Origin: Escherichia phage vB_EcoM_FT
Sequence record: MT682710.1
Strand: one strand, 5' to 3'
DNA length: 64,000 nucleotides
Below the pieces are notes generated by a model, which worked only from the letters and a program-made list of their open reading frames with translations, was not told the DNA's origin and made no database searches. The position numbers and the translations under genes are program-made. Positions 16,975 through 27,200 of the stretch are shown here, piece by piece (the first letter of the stretch is position 1; each line of letters starts with the position of its first letter).

Positions 16975-17030
16975 GTTATCGAGTTGGTGCCATTATATAC
17001 ATCATTTTCTGATTGTGTTTTGTGTGCTTT

Positions 17031-17057
17031 CAAAATGAAGAAAGGGGCCGAAGCCCC
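17031..17057 (-). terminator. terminator after hoc
   Basis: Minus strand GGGGC-UUCG-GCCCC followed by UUUCUUCAUUUU. Confidence 0.65.
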
Positions 17058-17063
17058 TTATGA

Positions 17064-18482
17064 TTATGGATAGGTATAGATGATACCAGTTTCTAAAGCA
17101 GTTTTATGAATGATGTATCCATTACGCGATTCTTGAACATCAACTTCTGGATAGTCTTTCATCATCTTCTGAAGAGTGTAACGATGTAGGTAATATTTAC
17201 TATCTGGGTCGTCAGTTTTCCAATCTTTACCTTCTTCGGTCATTTTTTGGATTTCATCCATAACCCACCAACCGCACCAGATATAAGCTGAAGTACGATG
17301 TGGAAGAGGATGAACATAAGGTAATTCACCTTCTGGTTCTGGAGCAACTTTATCAGTTACCTGAACTTGACCTTCTGCTGTAATAGTTTTGCTATCATAG
17401 TCAGTAGCAGTAACAGTTGCAGTAACTTCAATAGTTTGACTTCCAATAGATGAGGTATCAACTGTATACACATTAGTCGATCCTTCTACAGGAGAAGAGT
17501 CTTTCTTCCATGAATAAGTAATTTGCGCTTCTTCTGGAGCATCAGTGACATTAGCAGTAAATGTAGCCGAAGCATCTTGTTGAACGTTAATAGAAGGAGG
17601 AGTCAATGTAACCTGTGGATTCATTGTCTTCTTATTAACTGTTAATGATACTTCATTCGAAGTAACTTCCTTTTCATTGTAATTTTCAGCAGTTACTTGG
17701 GCTACGCATTTAATTCTTTTTACTCCACTTGTAGTTGGAGTATAGCTAAATGTAGAGTTAGTTTCTCCACCAACTTGTGAATCATCTACATACCACTGAT
17801 ACGTAGCAGATGCTCCATCAGGTTGAGAAGCTAAGGCAGCAGTAAATTGAACTGGTGTTCCAATTACTCCAGCTGAAGGACTATCGGGAGTTACTGCCAA
17901 AGTAGTTGTCTGTGTCTTTTTATTAACAGTCAATGACACTTCATTAGAAGTAACTTCTTTTGCATCATAATCTGTCGCGGTTACTTGAGCCACACACTTA
18001 ATTCTTTTTACCCCGCTTTCGGCAGGAGTGTAATTGAACGTAGCGTTAGTTGCTTCGCCCACAGGAGAATCATCTACATACCATTGATAAGTAGCGTTTG
18101 CGCCCGATGGCTGCGAAGCTAAAGCGGCAGTAAATTCAATAGCTGTTCCGATTACTCCAGCGTCAGGGCTATTAGGAGTTACAGCTAAGGTAGTCGTTTG
18201 TGTCTTATTTTGAACTGTGATAGTTGTTGTCGCTTCAGCCGTTTCCGGGCCTCCTTCAGAAAGTGTATTTGTTGCAACTACTTTAATAGTCTTTTGACCG
18301 GCAGGTCCTTTTAGTACATAACTAAAAGTTGCTTCAGCTCCATCTTGTGGAGCATCATCTACAGTCCAAGCATAGGTAATAGTTCCGCCTCCAGTTTCAC
18401 CACTGGGTGTAGCAGTAAACTGCTGAGTCTGATCTATAACTCCAGTAGGTGTTTTAGGAGTTATATCAACTGTAAAAGCCAT
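17064..18482 (-). CDS. hoc: Hoc, highly immunogenic outer capsid protein, with four Ig-like domains (one duplicated)
   Basis: 472 aa; Ig-like repeats; C-terminal capsid-binding region ...YIWCGWWVMDEIQKMTEEGKDW...; 96-aa internal tandem duplication. Confidence 0.9.
   Translation of the reverse strand: MAFTVDITPKTPTGVIDQTQQFTATPSGETGGGTITYAWTVDDAPQDGAEATFSYVLKGPAGQKTIKVVATNTLSEGGPETAEATTTITVQNKTQTTTLAVTPNSPDAGVIGTAIEFTAALASQPSGANATYQWYVDDSPVGEATNATFNYTPAESGVKRIKCVAQVTATDYDAKEVTSNEVSLTVNKKTQTTTLAVTPDSPSAGVIGTPVQFTAALASQPDGASATYQWYVDDSQVGGETNSTFSYTPTTSGVKRIKCVAQVTAENYNEKEVTSNEVSLTVNKKTMNPQVTLTPPSINVQQDASATFTANVTDAPEEAQITYSWKKDSSPVEGSTNVYTVDTSSIGSQTIEVTATVTATDYDSKTITAEGQVQVTDKVAPEPEGELPYVHPLPHRTSAYIWCGWWVMDEIQKMTEEGKDWKTDDPDSKYYLHRYTLQKMMKDYPEVDVQESRNGYIIHKTALETGIIYTYP
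17637..18212 (-). repeat. diverged tandem duplication (2 x 288 bp) inside hoc, encoding two adjacent Ig-like domains
   Basis: Hoc residues ~91-186 and ~187-282 are about 80% identical; DNA at 17635-17670 and 17923-17958 aligns with a 288-bp offset. Confidence 0.85.
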
Positions 18483-18491
18483 AAGTTATCC

Positions 18492-19172
18492 TTATTTTAA
18501 TGTTACGAAAGAAGAGTTGCGTGTTTCACGAATTAAAACTGATCCGTCACGGTTAATGTAATAAATTAAGCTAAATAAAGTTTGGTGTGCTGACGCATGT
18601 TCAAAACTAGTTGGGTGAGATTTCCAATCCGGAGTTTCAGCGATCCATTGATAAATCCACCAAGGAACAGTACAGAATCCTGGATTTTTTCCAATCAACT
18701 GAAGATTCGGGCTAAAGTTTTCCGGAAGAGTAAATACAGACGGCTTTTCAGATTCAATAATCTCAGCTACAGCCTGTTCGAATTTTTCTTCAACAAAAGG
18801 AGTATCTTCAATCAAAACATCGGTATTTTCAGGAATTTTATCCGTTTCTACTACTTCAATTTTAATGTCAGATTTAACTGGAGAATCAATCAAAAGTGCT
18901 GCTTCTGGATTGACTTCTTCATCGTCATATTTTAATCCCTCTGCAGCATCAGCAGCATCAATTAAGTCTTTAATAGATAACCCATCAGTCTCTGGCATAG
19001 GTTCACTAGCGAGCTTCTGGAGGGCTTCTTCAATATCAACAACGATATTATCAAAAGATTTATTCTTTTTGACCTTTATACCAAACTGTTCAGCATATTC
19101 AGCTAATTTAGCTTTAGCTTCTTTGTTATCATCAAGAGCCTTCAGCTCTGCAATATAATCTTTATCTATCAT
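18492..19172 (-). CDS. inh: Inh, inhibitor of prohead protease gp21
   Basis: 226 aa, T4 Inh length; position next to hoc. Confidence 0.85.
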   Translation of the reverse strand: MIDKDYIAELKALDDNKEAKAKLAEYAEQFGIKVKKNKSFDNIVVDIEEALQKLASEPMPETDGLSIKDLIDAADAAEGLKYDDEEVNPEAALLIDSPVKSDIKIEVVETDKIPENTDVLIEDTPFVEEKFEQAVAEIIESEKPSVFTLPENFSPNLQLIGKNPGFCTVPWWIYQWIAETPDWKSHPTSFEHASAHQTLFSLIYYINRDGSVLIRETRNSSFVTLK

Positions 19173-19186
19173 AATATTTCCTCAGT

Positions 19187-19194
19187 ATAAATAT
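19187..19194 (+). promoter_or_regulatory. late promoter for uvsW
   Basis: Exact TATAAATA ~29 nt upstream of the uvsW ATG. Confidence 0.7.
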
Positions 19195-19222
19195 AGATAT
19201 ATTTATTACATGGTATTTAGAC

Positions 19223-20734
19223 ATGACTGACATTAAAGTACATTTTTATGATTTTAGTCACGTGAGAATTGATTGTGAAGAAAGTACATTTCATGAACTC
19301 CGTGATTTCTTTAGCTTTGAAGCTGATGGGTATCGTTTTAATCCGAAGTACAGATATGGCCACTGGGATGGACGAATCCGTCTGTTAGATTATAATCGTC
19401 TTCTTCCATTCGGCTTAGTCGGGCAAATTAAAAAGTTCTGTGATAACTTTGGCTATAAAGCCTGGATTGACCCACAAATTAACGAAAAAGAAGAATTATC
19501 AAGAAAAGATTTTGATGAATGGCTTTCTAAATTAGAAATCTATTCAGGAAATAAAAGAATTGAACCACACTGGTATCAAAAAGATGCAGTGTTCGAAGGA
19601 TTAGTTAATCGTCGTAGAATTCTTAATCTTCCAACATCCGCTGGTAAATCGTTAATTCAAGCTTTGCTTGCGCGATATTATTTGGAAAATTATGAAGGTA
19701 AAATTCTTATCATTGTTCCAACAACTGCTCTGACAACTCAGATGGCTGATGACTTCGTTGACTATCGTTTATTCAGTCATGCAATGATAAAGAAAATTGG
19801 TGGCGGAGCATCAAAAGATGATAAATATAAAAATGATGCACCAGTCGTTGTTGGTACATGGCAAACTGTAGTAAAACAACCGAAAGAATGGTTCTCACAG
19901 TTTGGAATGATGATGAATGATGAATGCCATCTTGCTACAGGAAAAAGTATTTCATCTATCATATCAGGTTTAAATAACTGCATGTTCAAATTTGGTCTAT
20001 CTGGTTCATTACGTGATGGCAAAGCCAATATCATGCAGTATGTTGGAATGTTTGGTGAAATATTTAAGCCAGTAACGACTTCTAAGTTAATGGAAGATGG
20101 ACAAGTAACTGAGCTAAAAATTAATAGTATTTTTCTTCGCTATCCCGATGAGTTCACTACTAAATTAAAGGGAAAAACTTATCAAGAAGAAATAAAAATT
20201 ATTACGGGGCTTAGTAAAAGAAATAAATGGATCGCTAAATTGGCTATTAAGCTTGCACAAAAAGATGAAAACGCTTTTGTCATGTTTAAACATGTATCGC
20301 ATGGTAAAGCTATTTTCGATTTAATTAAAAATGAATACGATAAAGTTTATTACGTATCAGGGGAAGTTGATACCGAAACCCGCAATATAATGAAAACCTT
20401 AGCTGAAAATGGTAAAGGAATAATTATAGTAGCTAGTTATGGTGTATTTTCTACTGGTATTTCAGTTAAAAATCTGCATCACGTTGTTTTAGCGCACGGT
20501 GTTAAATCAAAAATCATTGTATTACAAACAATCGGTCGTGTATTACGTAAGCATGGTTCTAAAACAATCGCAACAGTCTGGGACCTCATAGATGACTGTG
20601 GTGTCAAGCCAAAATCTGCTAATACTAAAAAGAAATATGTTCACTTGAACTATCTTTTAAAACACGGCATTGATCGTATTCAGCGCTACGCAGATGAAAA
20701 ATTTAATTACGTAATGAAAACAGTTAATTTATAA
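19223..20734 (+). CDS. uvsW: UvsW DNA/RNA helicase (SF2)
   Basis: 503 aa; helicase motifs (PTSAGKS Walker A-like, DECH box); late promoter upstream. Confidence 0.92.
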   Translation: MTDIKVHFYDFSHVRIDCEESTFHELRDFFSFEADGYRFNPKYRYGHWDGRIRLLDYNRLLPFGLVGQIKKFCDNFGYKAWIDPQINEKEELSRKDFDEWLSKLEIYSGNKRIEPHWYQKDAVFEGLVNRRRILNLPTSAGKSLIQALLARYYLENYEGKILIIVPTTALTTQMADDFVDYRLFSHAMIKKIGGGASKDDKYKNDAPVVVGTWQTVVKQPKEWFSQFGMMMNDECHLATGKSISSIISGLNNCMFKFGLSGSLRDGKANIMQYVGMFGEIFKPVTTSKLMEDGQVTELKINSIFLRYPDEFTTKLKGKTYQEEIKIITGLSKRNKWIAKLAIKLAQKDENAFVMFKHVSHGKAIFDLIKNEYDKVYYVSGEVDTETRNIMKTLAENGKGIIIVASYGVFSTGISVKNLHHVVLAHGVKSKIIVLQTIGRVLRKHGSKTIATVWDLIDDCGVKPKSANTKKKYVHLNYLLKHGIDRIQRYADEKFNYVMKTVNL

Positions 20735-20759
20735 GGGATTCGGCCCTTTGGAGAAAAAG

Positions 20760-20990
20760 ATGTTACTAGAATTTAAACAATTTCTTTATGAAGCTTCTAT
20801 TGATGAATTTATGGGTAAAATTGCCTCTTGTCAAACATTAGAAGGTTTAGAAGAACTTGAAGCTTATTATAAGAAAAGAGTTAAAGAAACTGAATTAAAA
20901 GATACTGATGACATCTCAGTCAGAGATGCTTTGGCAGGAAAAAGAGCTGAATTAGAAGATTCAGACGATGAAGTAGAAGAAAGCTTTTAA
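20760..20990 (+). CDS. uvsW.1: UvsW.1 small protein
   Basis: 76 aa from ATG at 20760 with GGAG 6 nt upstream; the track ORF starts at an upstream TTG. Confidence 0.75.
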   Translation: MLLEFKQFLYEASIDEFMGKIASCQTLEGLEELEAYYKKRVKETELKDTDDISVRDALAGKRAELEDSDDEVEESF

Positions 20991-21045
20991 ATTAAAAAAG
21001 GCCCAACCAAAAAGGAAGGGCCAAAACTATAGACTAAAGGTCACA

Positions 21046-21213
21046 CTATAGCAAAAGTTGCGTTTCATTTAATTGTTCTTCCGAACTTTCTGAAACTGGT
21101 AGTTCTTTAATGTAATTATAGCAAGGCCCAGGATGTACAGGACCTTTGTCTGTTTCAACAACCAATGCAGAATCGATTGGAGTTTTACAGACAACACAAA
21201 TCTTATCTGACAT
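21046..21213 (-). CDS. small Cys-rich protein (uvsY.-2-like), below the ORF-track size cutoff
   Basis: 55-aa ORF read by hand: MSDKICVVCKTPIDSALVVETDKGPVHPGPCYNYIKELPVSESSEEQLNETQLLL; CxxC...C arrangement; co-directional downstream of uvsY. Confidence 0.55.
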   Translation of the reverse strand: MSDKICVVCKTPIDSALVVETDKGPVHPGPCYNYIKELPVSESSEEQLNETQLLL

Positions 21214-21241
21214 GATTGTCTCCTCTGAATTATATATCTAT

Positions 21242-21466
21242 TTATACAACTCTCATATGCATATCAATACCCATATCTTTAGAATAAAAATATTCATCAA
21301 GATATCCGGCAAATTTTCCTTTAATATAAAGGACATCTTCACCACACGGGTGGTCGGCCAGGATACGAATATCCTGACGCTTAAGATTATACTTTTTCAT
21401 TAAGAATTGAATTTCCGTTTCGAATTCTTCTTCATAATTAAAAGCATCATCAATGCTATATCTCAT
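21242..21466 (-). CDS. hypothetical protein (uvsY.-1-like)
   Basis: 74-aa ORF; start overlaps the uvsY stop. Confidence 0.65.
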   Translation of the reverse strand: MRYSIDDAFNYEEEFETEIQFLMKKYNLKRQDIRILADHPCGEDVLYIKGKFAGYLDEYFYSKDMGIDMHMRVV

Positions 21467-21879
21467 TATTTTCCAGCCTCAAATGCTCGCATGTCTTGAA
21501 TATGCTTAATAGCAAATCCGCGTGATTTGATAGCATCAAGAGCTCCGCTACAGAAATCTAATAAAATTCCCCAATATTGTAATGAAGTATCAACCTTTAA
21601 AACATCCTTATCAGCTGATAGAACTGTTTTCATTTCTGATTTCTCGTAACGATCCATACTAAATTCATCACCATCTCCTCGTCCCGAGTAGTAGTCTAAT
21701 TTAGCTTTAAGAGCAACTTTTTTCTGTGCATCAATTCTAAGCATTTCCTTTTTAATACTTGAATGCTTATTAAGCCATTTACTATATAACATCACATTAT
21801 TAGCTGCTTCATACTGTAATTTAGTCGAATCTATAAACACATCTTTCTTCAATTCTTCTTGAAGATCTTCTAATCTCAT
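21466..21879 (-). CDS. uvsY: UvsY recombination mediator
   Basis: 137 aa, T4 UvsY length; MotA-type middle promoter upstream. Confidence 0.92.
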   Translation of the reverse strand: MRLEDLQEELKKDVFIDSTKLQYEAANNVMLYSKWLNKHSSIKKEMLRIDAQKKVALKAKLDYYSGRGDGDEFSMDRYEKSEMKTVLSADKDVLKVDTSLQYWGILLDFCSGALDAIKSRGFAIKHIQDMRAFEAGK

Positions 21880-21919
21880 ATTGTTCTCTATTCAATTGTT
21901 ATTGGATGGACTTAGATTC

Positions 21920-21945
21920 ATTATACCACGTTTATACGTGAAGCA
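21920..21945 (-). promoter_or_regulatory. middle (MotA-dependent) promoter for uvsY
   Basis: Minus strand MotA box TGCTTCA, 13-nt spacer, TATAAT. Confidence 0.55.
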
Positions 21946-22344
21946 TTATACTCTATTACTGGAAGCCAGTTGTAGTTTTATCTGCTCAATATCATCAGGG
22001 TTATCGATGACTGAAAAGCGTATTTCTACTATCAAAGTATAATCATCATAAACCGGTATTACATTAACTGCTAATTTATCAATACGTGGCTCATAGTTTC
22101 TTACTGCGCTTTCGATATTACGCTCAACCGTGTCAGCAGTAAGAGGAGTCATATTCTCAAAAAGCTGATCAGATAAATCGCATCCAAATTCAGGGTCAAA
22201 TGGTCTTGACCCTTTTCTGGTTGTAATAATTCCCAAAAGGCTATTTTTAATTGACCTTAATCCAAGGGATCTAGAAACGTCTTTGTCCCAATCCATTTTC
22301 ATTTCTGGGTCAATGTCAGAATAAAGCTTATTAATATTTGCCAT
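21946..22344 (-). CDS. 25: baseplate wedge protein gp25
   Basis: 132 aa; synteny. Confidence 0.92.
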   Translation of the reverse strand: MANINKLYSDIDPEMKMDWDKDVSRSLGLRSIKNSLLGIITTRKGSRPFDPEFGCDLSDQLFENMTPLTADTVERNIESAVRNYEPRIDKLAVNVIPVYDDYTLIVEIRFSVIDNPDDIEQIKLQLASSNRV

Positions 22345-22970
22345 TACAATAGCTCAAAGAATTCTTTGAGTCCTCTTATTACATGAGCGTGAGTTTTTCC
22401 ACACTCTGGACATTTAATTGGAACAGCCAAATAAACGGTAGGCTTTAAAAGCATATCTTTTATAGCTACAATATCTGACTCTGTGATGATAGAATATAAA
22501 TCTTCCAGTTCTTTTTCATTTAAGTCTTCAACTGGAATGCTTTCCCCGTTAGCGTGAATCGTTTCTATACATGATACTATCATGTGGGCTATATTTTTAT
22601 CATCAAAAATTTTAGGGTAATGGAATTTAATTTTAATGTCACCCAGTGTATACCAGAGGTCTTCTGGTGCATCTATTTGTGTATGTAATAGATTTATATG
22701 GGTTGGTATTTCAGTTCCACAGGTGCACTTCCAGGAATTTTCGTGATTAACTTCACCAAGAGAATGTGCCCATAAATGAATCAACAATAGTTCTGATTCT
22801 TGGCGGTTTAAATCTTTTGCATTTGTGCAGTCTTTGATTAGCTTTTTAACAATTACTTCTACGGAACCATTATTTTTGGCAGTAATAAGTTCTAGATATT
22901 CTTTAAGCGTGAATGCGCGACAATTGATTATTTTAGAACCAACTCTCACATCAAATTTATATTCATACAT
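22344..22970 (-). CDS. 26: baseplate hub protein gp26
   Basis: 208 aa; synteny. Confidence 0.9.
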   Translation of the reverse strand: MYEYKFDVRVGSKIINCRAFTLKEYLELITAKNNGSVEVIVKKLIKDCTNAKDLNRQESELLLIHLWAHSLGEVNHENSWKCTCGTEIPTHINLLHTQIDAPEDLWYTLGDIKIKFHYPKIFDDKNIAHMIVSCIETIHANGESIPVEDLNEKELEDLYSIITESDIVAIKDMLLKPTVYLAVPIKCPECGKTHAHVIRGLKEFFELL

Positions 22971-22991
22971 ATTTAGCTCCTTTATTTATCA

Positions 22992-23003
22992 TATTTATAA
23001 ATA
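22992..23003. promoter_or_regulatory. overlapping divergent late promoters (TATTTATAAATA) for gene 26 (minus) and gene 51 (plus)
   Basis: TATAAATA readable on both strands in the 50-bp divergent intergenic region. Confidence 0.7.
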
Positions 23004-23020
23004 GAATAAAAGGAGCATCT

Positions 23021-23773
23021 ATGGCAAACATTATTCGTTGTAAATTACCAGATGGTGTTCATCGTTTTAAACCATTTACGGTAGAAGATTATCGAGATTT
23101 TTTGTTAGTTCGAAACGATATAGAACATCGGTCACCACAAGAACAAAAAGAAATAATTACTGATTTAATTGATGATTATTTTGGAGACTATCCGAAGACT
23201 TGGCAACCATTTATATTTTTGCAGGTATTTGTAGGTTCAATAGGTAAAACTAAAGTACCAGTCACATTTGTATGTCCAAAATGTAAAAAAGAAAAGACAG
23301 TTCCATTTGAAATATATCAAAAAGAATTAAAGGAACCTATTTTTGATGTAGCTAATGTTAAAATTAAATTAAATTTTCCTTCTGAGTTTTATGAAAATAA
23401 AGCAAAGATGATTACTGAAAATATTCATTCTGTTCAAGTAGATGAAATGTGGTATGATTGGAAGGAAATTAGTGAATCGAGTCAAATAGAACTTGTTGAC
23501 GCCATCGAGATAGAAACATTAGAAAAAATTCTCGATGCAATGAATCCTATTAATTTAACATTGCACATGTCGTGTTGTGATAAGTACATTAAAAAATACA
23601 CTGATATAGTAGATGTGTTTAAGCTATTAGTTAATCCAGATGAGATATTTACTTTTTATCAAATTAATCACACGCTTGTAAAAAGTAATTATAGCTTAAA
23701 TTCAATAATGAAAATGATTCCTGCCGAGCGCGGATTCGTATTAAAACTGATTGAGAAGGATAAGCATCAATGA
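23021..23773 (+). CDS. 51: baseplate hub assembly catalyst gp51
   Basis: 250 aa; divergent from gene 26; synteny. Confidence 0.9.
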   Translation: MANIIRCKLPDGVHRFKPFTVEDYRDFLLVRNDIEHRSPQEQKEIITDLIDDYFGDYPKTWQPFIFLQVFVGSIGKTKVPVTFVCPKCKKEKTVPFEIYQKELKEPIFDVANVKIKLNFPSEFYENKAKMITENIHSVQVDEMWYDWKEISESSQIELVDAIEIETLEKILDAMNPINLTLHMSCCDKYIKKYTDIVDVFKLLVNPDEIFTFYQINHTLVKSNYSLNSIMKMIPAERGFVLKLIEKDKHQ

Positions 23774-24942
23774 GTATGTTACAACGTCCTGGATATCCAA
23801 ATCTCAGCGTTAAATTATTTGAGAGTTATGACGCTTGGAGTAATAATAGATTTGTTGAATTAGCTGCTACTATTACCACATTAACTATGCGTGACTCTCT
23901 TTATGGCCGAAATGAAGGAATGCTACAGTTTTATGATTCTAAAAACATCCATACAAAAATGGATGGAAATGAAATAATTCAGATTTCTGTAGCTAATGCA
24001 AACGATATTAATAATGTTAAAACACGAATTTATGGGTGTAAACATTTTTCTGTATCAGTAGATTCAAAAGGCGATAACATCATTGCTATTGAATTGGGAA
24101 CTATTCATTCTATAGAAAATCTTAAATTTGGTAGACCATTTTTCCCTGATGCAGGTGAATCTATAAAGGAAATGCTTGGCGTAATTTATCAAGATCGTAC
24201 ATTATTAACTCCAGCGATAAATGCTATTAATGCTTATGTTCCTGATATTCCGTGGACTAGCACATTTGAAAACTATTTGTCATATGTAAGAGAAGTTGCT
24301 CTAGCGGTAGGAAGCGATAAGTTCGTATTTGTATGGCAAGACATCATGGGAGTTAACATGATGGACTATGATATGATGATAAATCAAGAACCATATCCAA
24401 TGATTGTCGGCGAGCCATCTTTAATAGGTCAATTCATCCAAGAATTAAAATATCCATTAGCATATGATTTCGTTTGGTTGACTAAATCGAATCCTCACAA
24501 ACGTGACCCAATGAAAAACGCTACTATCTATGCGCATTCGTTTTTGGATTCTTCATTGCCAATGATTACTACAGGAAAGGGCGAAAACTCTATTGTAGTG
24601 TCAAGGTCAGGTGCTTATTCTGAAATGACTTATAGGAATGGATATGAAGAAGCTATTCGTCTTCAAACTATGGCGCAATACGATGGCTATGCTAAATGTT
24701 CTACTGTCGGTAATTTTAACTTGACTCCTGGTGTTAAAATTATTTTTAATGATAGTAAAAACCAATTTAAAACAGAATTTTACGTTGATGAAGTTATCCA
24801 TGAATTATCAAATAATAATTCAGTAACTCATCTATATATGTTCACTAATGCAACGAAACTGGAAACAATAGACCCAGTTAAGGTTAAAAATGAATTTAAA
24901 TCTGATACTACCACTGAAGAAAGTAGTTCTTCCAATAAGTAA
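23770..24942 (+). CDS. 27: baseplate hub protein gp27
   Basis: 390 aa; synteny. Confidence 0.92.
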   Translation: MSMLQRPGYPNLSVKLFESYDAWSNNRFVELAATITTLTMRDSLYGRNEGMLQFYDSKNIHTKMDGNEIIQISVANANDINNVKTRIYGCKHFSVSVDSKGDNIIAIELGTIHSIENLKFGRPFFPDAGESIKEMLGVIYQDRTLLTPAINAINAYVPDIPWTSTFENYLSYVREVALAVGSDKFVFVWQDIMGVNMMDYDMMINQEPYPMIVGEPSLIGQFIQELKYPLAYDFVWLTKSNPHKRDPMKNATIYAHSFLDSSLPMITTGKGENSIVVSRSGAYSEMTYRNGYEEAIRLQTMAQYDGYAKCSTVGNFNLTPGVKIIFNDSKNQFKTEFYVDEVIHELSNNNSVTHLYMFTNATKLETIDPVKVKNEFKSDTTTEESSSSNK

Positions 24943-25423
24943 TAAAGAAGTTTCTATTCCTAAGATGGGTCTTAAACATTATAACATTTTAAAAGATGTT
25001 AAAGGTCCTGATGAAAATTTAAAACTTCTTATTGATTCTATTTGTCCGAATTTATCACCGGCAGAAGTTGATTTCGTTTCTATTCATCTATTGGAATTTA
25101 ATGGAAAGATTAAATCTCGTAAAGAAATAGATGGTTATACTTATGACATTAATGATGTTTATGTATGCCAAAGATTGGAATTTCAATACCAAGGAAATAC
25201 ATTTTATTTTAGACCTCCTGGAAAATTTGAACAATTTTTAACTGTAAGCGATATGTTATCCAAATGCTTGCTTAAGGTCAACGATGAAGTTAAAGAAATT
25301 AATTTTCTTGAGATGCCAGCATTCGTTTTAAAATGGGCAAATGATATTTTTACAACTTTAGCAATTCCTGGCCCTAATGGTCCAATAACTGGAATTGGCA
25401 ATATTATTGGATTATTTGAATGA
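24890..25423 (+). CDS. 28: baseplate hub distal subunit gp28
   Basis: 177 aa; synteny; start may be an internal Met. Confidence 0.85.
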   Translation: MNLNLILPLKKVVLPISNKEVSIPKMGLKHYNILKDVKGPDENLKLLIDSICPNLSPAEVDFVSIHLLEFNGKIKSRKEIDGYTYDINDVYVCQRLEFQYQGNTFYFRPPGKFEQFLTVSDMLSKCLLKVNDEVKEINFLEMPAFVLKWANDIFTTLAIPGPNGPITGIGNIIGLFE

Positions 25424-27192
25424 AAAAGCCACAAGAAATGCAAACGATGCGTAGAAAAGTTATTTCAGATAATAAACCAACACAGGAAGCGGCTAAATCC
25501 GCTTCTAACACTTTATCTGGACTTAACGATATATCTACGAAATTGGATGATGCTCAAGCTGCTTCTGAATTAATTGCTCAAACTGTCGAAGAAAAATCGA
25601 ATGAAATAATTGGAGCAATTGACAACGTAGAAAGCGCAGTGAGTGATACTACCGCAGGTTCTGAGTTAATTGCCGAGACTGTTGAAATTGGCAATAATAT
25701 CAATAAAGAAATAGGCGAATCACTCGGAAGCAAATTAGATAAATTAACGAGTTTATTAGAACAAAAAATTCAGACAGCTGGAATTCAACAGACTGGAACG
25801 AGTTTAGCAGTAGTCGAAAATGCTATTCCTGTTAAAGTTGTTGAGGATGATACAGCTGAATCTGTGGGTCCTTTATTACCGGCCCCTGAAGCAGTTAATA
25901 ATGATCCTGACGCTGATTTTTTCCCTACCCCTCAGCCAGTTGAACCCAAACAAGAATCGCCAGAAGAAAAACAGAAAAAAGAAGCATTTAATTTAAAATT
26001 ATCTCAAGCTTTAGATAAATTAACAAAGACTGTTGATTTTGGATTTAAGAAATCCATTTCAATTACTGATAAAATATCAAGCATGTTATTTAAGTACACC
26101 ATCAGTGCTGCTATTGAAGCTGCTAAAATGACTGCAATGATATTGGCTGTTGTTGTTGGAATAGACCTGTTGATGGTTCATTTTAAATACTGGTCAGATA
26201 AATTTTCAAAAGCCTGGGATTTATATAGTACTGATTTTACTAAATTCTCTAGCGAAACCGGAACATGGGGTCCTTTATTACAGAGCATCTTTGATTCTAT
26301 TGATAAAATTAAACAACTTTGGGAAGCGGGAGATTGGGGTGGATTGACAGCAGCTATTGTTGAAGGACTCGGAAGTGTTCTTTTTAATTTAGGTGAACTT
26401 ATTCAATTAGGTATGGCTAAATTATCTGCAGCAATTCTTCGAGTCATTCCTGGTATGAAGGATACTGCTGATGAAGTAGAAGGAAGAGCATTAGAAAATT
26501 TCCAAAATTCTACTGGAGCATCTCTCAATAAAGAAGACCAGGAAAAAGTTGCAAATTATCAAGATAAACGAATGAACGGAGACCTTGGTCCGATAGCAAA
26601 AGGATTAGATAAAATTGCTAATTGGAAAACTCGTGCATCTAATTGGATTCGTGGGGTTGATAATAAAGAAGCACTAACTACCGACGAAGAACGTGCAGCA
26701 GAAGAAGAAAAATTAAAGCAACTTTCACCTGAAGAAAGAAAAAATGCTTTAATGAAGGCTAATGAAGCCCGCGCCGCAATGATTCGCTTTGAAAAATATG
26801 CTGATTCAGCTGATATGAGTAAAGACTCAACGGTTAAATCTGTTGAATCTGCCTATGAAGACCTTAAAAAACGGATGGATGACCCGGATTTAAATAATTC
26901 ACCGGCAGTTAAAAAAGAACTTGCTGCTAGATTTTCTAAAATTGATGCTACTTATCAAGAGCTCAAGAAAAATCAGCCTAATGCCAAACCTGAAACTTCT
27001 GCTAAATCACCAGAAGCAAAACAAGTCCAGGTAATAGAAAAGAACAAAGCACAACAAGCTCCTGTTCAACAAGCATCTCCTTCAATCAACAATACTAATA
27101 ATGTTATTAAGAAAAATACTGTCGTTCATAATATGACACCTGTCACAAGCACAACTGCTCCTGGTGTATTTGATGCGACTGGGGTTAATTAA
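25420..27192 (+). CDS. 29: tail tape measure / baseplate hub protein gp29
   Basis: 590 aa; synteny. Confidence 0.92.
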   Translation: MKKPQEMQTMRRKVISDNKPTQEAAKSASNTLSGLNDISTKLDDAQAASELIAQTVEEKSNEIIGAIDNVESAVSDTTAGSELIAETVEIGNNINKEIGESLGSKLDKLTSLLEQKIQTAGIQQTGTSLAVVENAIPVKVVEDDTAESVGPLLPAPEAVNNDPDADFFPTPQPVEPKQESPEEKQKKEAFNLKLSQALDKLTKTVDFGFKKSISITDKISSMLFKYTISAAIEAAKMTAMILAVVVGIDLLMVHFKYWSDKFSKAWDLYSTDFTKFSSETGTWGPLLQSIFDSIDKIKQLWEAGDWGGLTAAIVEGLGSVLFNLGELIQLGMAKLSAAILRVIPGMKDTADEVEGRALENFQNSTGASLNKEDQEKVANYQDKRMNGDLGPIAKGLDKIANWKTRASNWIRGVDNKEALTTDEERAAEEEKLKQLSPEERKNALMKANEARAAMIRFEKYADSADMSKDSTVKSVESAYEDLKKRMDDPDLNNSPAVKKELAARFSKIDATYQELKKNQPNAKPETSAKSPEAKQVQVIEKNKAQQAPVQQASPSINNTNNVIKKNTVVHNMTPVTSTTAPGVFDATGVN

Positions 27193-27200
27193 GGAATAAT

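Noticed and set aside
17637-18212. Tandem repeats considered as a possible CRISPR-like or satellite array
   Set aside because: Only two units, in frame and coding for Ig-like domains of Hoc; no spacer/repeat architecture
18597-19158. Two plus-strand ORFs (112 and 97 aa)
   Set aside because: Entirely inside inh on the opposite strand; low-complexity composition; no promoter or RBS
20991-21045. Possible bidirectional terminator between uvsW.1 and the 55-aa ORF (GGCCC ... GGGCC)
   Set aside because: Only a 5-bp stem with a 13-nt loop and no clear U-tract; too weak to call
21146-21403. 85-aa plus-strand ORF
   Set aside because: Overlaps the minus-strand uvsY.-1 and uvsY.-2 ORFs, which fit operon structure and RBS placement; AT-rich low-complexity translation
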